Below are positions 60,673 to 64,000 of a stretch of 64,000 nt of DNA, one piece after another (position 1 is the first letter of the stretch; each line of letters begins with the position of its first letter). Below the pieces are notes generated by a model that made no database searches, was not told the origin of the DNA, and saw only the letters and a program-made list of their open reading frames with translations. The position numbers and the translations under genes are program-made. Source of the DNA: Heteronotia binoei (taxonomy: Eukaryota); NCBI RefSeq assembly GCF_032191835.1, contig NC_083224.1, positions 91,202,001-91,266,000 of the forward strand, in the 5' to 3' direction.

Positions 60673-61731
60673 TGGGGTGGTGGTATATGGAACAAAAAGG
60701 ATGAATTGTTGCAAAGAATGTATGTGGCACACTGTCTTATACAGGACAAGGAGGTCCTTCAGATACATTGAACCCAGGTCTGTTAAAGGACAGTCTTGGA
60801 GAACATGTCCACTTCTGTTTGCTTCAGTAAGCTCGTGATCGTATGCATAATGCTTTATGTCTTCGATATAATTGAGATAAACTGCCTTGGTTTTTTTATG
60901 GGCACCATGGGATATAAATATTTTAAATTTTGTATTGTCTTGTAACATCCTATTTGTGTGTTTGGCATTTATTTATTGCGGGTGAGAATACTTAGAAAGG
61001 CATAGATGTTTTGAAGGTCGTAATGTTTCTCTGAATAGTTAGTTTCAGTGGATAGCCATGTTGGTCTATAGTACAACAACTAGATTAGAGAACTACATGG
61101 TTTTCAGGGTATAAGCTTTTGAGAATCAAAGCTCCATGACAGTATGCATCCTCTAAATTTCTGATGCAATGAGAGTTCATGTCTTCAGATTAAGCATGAA
61201 CACGTGGACACAGTCAAAATGATCACTGTGTATACTCAGTTCTTCTGCTTTAACCTGAAATGTTTGAGATCTGTGGTGGCTGATGTTGTGACACTTTCAC
61301 ATGATCAGATCATTAAATATCATAAATGGATTTACTCTGTCTGTTCAAGTAGTGGTGGAAGTTCTTATCTGTTGAATCATTAGCTTGCCAAATACACTGG
61401 AACTAAGTAGAGGCTGGAGGCAGTGTATCCTGGGAGTCGTGCATTCATGTAAACAAGTTAGTGCTAGGGAAACTTGACCTAATAGTCTCAGGTGATTCAT
61501 CTGGCTCATGGTTATAGATTACAATCAGAGCTGATTAGAAACCACTTTACAGAAATTATTTATTGTAGGAATAATTAGAATGCTATAGATTGGAATAGAA
61601 CTTCTTATGAATGTGAGTCTGGTAGGTACTGTAAGTGGTGAAGCCTATGTGCTTTTAGCAGCACTGAGGAAGCCTGTGTTTTCCTTCATTTTGGTGTAGA
61701 ACGGTCTTCATGCTGTTTCTCTTTCTGCCAG

Positions 61732-61861
61732 GATGTTTGATGTTGGTGGCCAGCGTTCAGAACGCAAGAAATGGATCCACTGCTTTGAAGGTGTAACAGC
61801 AATTATATTCTGCGTAGCTCTCAGTGATTATGACCTTGTCCTTGCGGAGGATGAAGAAATG
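61732..61861 (+). CDS. GNAI3: GNAI3 exon 6 (DVGGQ switch II)
   Basis: [43 protein letters not shown]; 130 nt; AG/GT. Confidence 0.97.
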
Positions 61862-62561
61862 GTATGTTGCTGTAGAGTTAATATCTGGTTATATTCTATA
61901 AAAAGTGAAATCAACTTTAAGCTTTCTGTATTTTTTTTAAGAACACTTAATCCAAATGACTTCTTTTGCTGTTTCATTGCCTTGAGAATTACTCATGGTA
62001 ACCAGGTTTCAGAATGGCATTAGAAACAGCCTGTTCTTTATGCTTTCTCAAGTTTCCTGCAGTGAGAGTAGGCAGTAGCATTTCTGAAGCTGCCATGCTA
62101 TAGAAGATAAAATCCTCCTCCTCTGGCACAGGCTTCAGTCTGCAAATGAAGGTAGTACTTGACTAGCACCAAAGGAAATAAGGCATTCGAATTACATTTT
62201 GTGGAAAAATACCTAAATGTGGTAACCGAAAAGATAGGCAATTAATGCCTTTTTTGTGCAGCTGAAGTGGAGAAAATTTTGGTCTTTGTCCTATATTAAC
62301 ATCAACGTTGACAATTCAAATTCTTTATGCTAGTAGTTTTGTTTATAGCAGCTTTGTACAGTTACTGAGTTGAATCCTATCACTCTGCTGAGCAAATTTT
62401 GAAGTCTTTCTCCAGCTTAAGTAGCTGTTCCGTTAGAGGGGACATTTAATCCAAATGACTTTAAATTGGAAGAAGGCTCCTTGGATTAAGGTTGAACCCA
62501 CTTAACTAAATTGTGTCAGTACTGCTTTTTAATAGGAACTTTCTTCTCCCACACCCCCCAG

Positions 62562-62715
62562 AATCGGATGCACGAGAGTATGAAACTCTTCGACAGCATT
62601 TGTAACAACAAATGGTTTACAGATACATCAATCATTCTTTTCCTGAACAAGAAAGATCTGTTTGAGGAAAAGATACGGCGGAGCCCATTAAAAATTTGCT
62701 ACCCAGAATACACAG
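62562..62715 (+). CDS. GNAI3: GNAI3 exon 7 (NKKD motif)
   Basis: [52 protein letters not shown]; 154 nt; cccag acceptor and gtaag donor. Confidence 0.97.
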
Positions 62716-63187
62716 GTAAGATAAAAACAGCTGAGGCAGTAGGGCACAACAGATATACAAAAAAAGCAGTAGAACATTGACTTATATCTGGAGCTGGATT
62801 TGTGTGTTTTTCCCTTTGCATATGTTAAGTGTCTGGGACCTCTGAATCTAAACCTAGCTTGTTCTCCTTAATCCATCATCAAGACATAGTAGATATTGTG
62901 GTTGTATTTACACTAGTTGCATCAGTCATCCATTGAAGCTTTCAGTTTCTTTTGGCTACTGGAATCGTCTATGCACATTCTTCCTTAATGTCTTTTTTTT
63001 TGAACCCACAGTTCTTCTGGTTCTCATTTAGTTGAATTTAGTAATGCAGACTGTTATTTACACAGTCTTTAAAATCTAATGTTATTTAAAAATCTAATGT
63101 TACTTAGATTATGTTTTGGCACTAAAATTTGGCACTTTGATATTAACAGTTTGATATTAACAGATATTAATATATCTGAATTCTGTC

Positions 63188-63346
63188 AGAAGCTGTTCCT
63201 TTCAAGAGCAGTTTCTGTCAGAGCTTCCAGCCCCACCTACGTCACAGGGTGTCTGTTGTGAGGAGGGGACGGAAAAGGAGATTGTAAGCCACTCTGAGAC
63301 TCCTTTGGGTAGCGAAGGGTGGAGTATAAATCCACTCTTCTCCTCC
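63188..63346 (+). mobile_element. 5'-truncated tRNA-SINE (same family as 5178-5429)
   Basis: ccagccccacctac-tcacagggtgtctgttgtg...ggagattgtaagccactctgagactcc...tataaat. Confidence 0.75.
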
Positions 63347-64000
63347 TGTACTGTAGTTGGCTGCTGTTTTTGTTCAAGCAGAGAGCATGTGGGTTCTCCA
63401 TCTACTGCTTCCCATTATGTAATCTGTTTGATTTCTGTATTAGCCATCCAGTGATGTATATGTATACTATGCCTTTTGTTTACAATTAACAAATTGTTGG
63501 CATCACAAAATTCTGAGTCATTTTCCTGCTTCATTTCGTAATCCTAGTCCAACATTTCTGACAATATTTGATTCTGCTTTATTTCCTACTTGTATATAAC
63601 CAATAAAATATTGACTTAAAATTGTCTTATTTATTGTGTCCAACTATTATTCAAACTCTGTTATAAATTCTCTACTGCCAGTATTGGTTCAAAATACAAG
63701 AGGCACTAATAGGTTACATAAACAGTTATAATTCTGGCAAGAACTGACATTTAGCAGATCATAATATATAGAGAGATTTTCCATAATATATAGAGAGATT
63801 TATATATAGAGAGATTTATCTTCCAGGGTTCCATGCTTATTAACTTAAAAGGAGGGAGTTGTTGAAGAATATGAAACTGTCTTGAACCAGTAGATGAGTT
63901 ATCCCATTTTTCTCCACTCTAGTCGTGAAACAGCATTGTTGAGTTAGAGAAATTGACTGCATCCCTGCATATCAATCCCAGAGAGGGTGGAAGAGTTCCT

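Noticed and set aside
63759-63820. Degenerate tandem repeat (atatatagagagattt x3) and microsatellites such as (GA)n at 39600
   Set aside because: Ordinary slippage repeats with no further structure.
62716-64000. GNAI3 exon 8 (expected GSNTYEEAAAYIQ...)
   Set aside because: Not found in any frame; it lies beyond the window, so the gene is partial here, not a truncated pseudogene.

Overview
Vertebrate genomic DNA, squamate-type and most like gecko judging by its SINE, MITE, L2 and CR1 complement (inference, no search run). The only host gene is GNAI3 (G-protein alpha i3) on the + strand. Its CpG-island promoter and coding exons 1-7 are present (11942..62715, 874 coding nt, all introns GT-AG); exon 8 onward lies beyond the window. 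The rest is mostly transposons. Upstream is a nearly intact Ty3/Gypsy provirus with both LTRs, nested in a SINE. Intron 1 holds an apparently full-length L2 LINE with an uninterrupted 991-aa ORF2 and an internally deleted DIRS1 element. Intron 4 holds a structurally complete DIRS1 element (ITRs, ICR, RT/RH, adenine-methyltransferase-like domain, tyrosine recombinase). Intron 5 holds a rearranged Tc1 and a full-length decayed L1 with a 17-bp TSD. There are also many truncated CR1/L2 copies, tRNA- and 5S-derived SINEs, hAT-type and other MITEs, and Penelope-like remnants. I see no clear evidence of a wholly new system. The best leads are the intact ORF1-less L2 (basic N-terminal extension, AGCACTT motif cluster in its leader), the DIRS1 elements with MTase and an overlapping reading frame, and the rearranged Tc1. 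All family assignments come from motif reading, not database searches.
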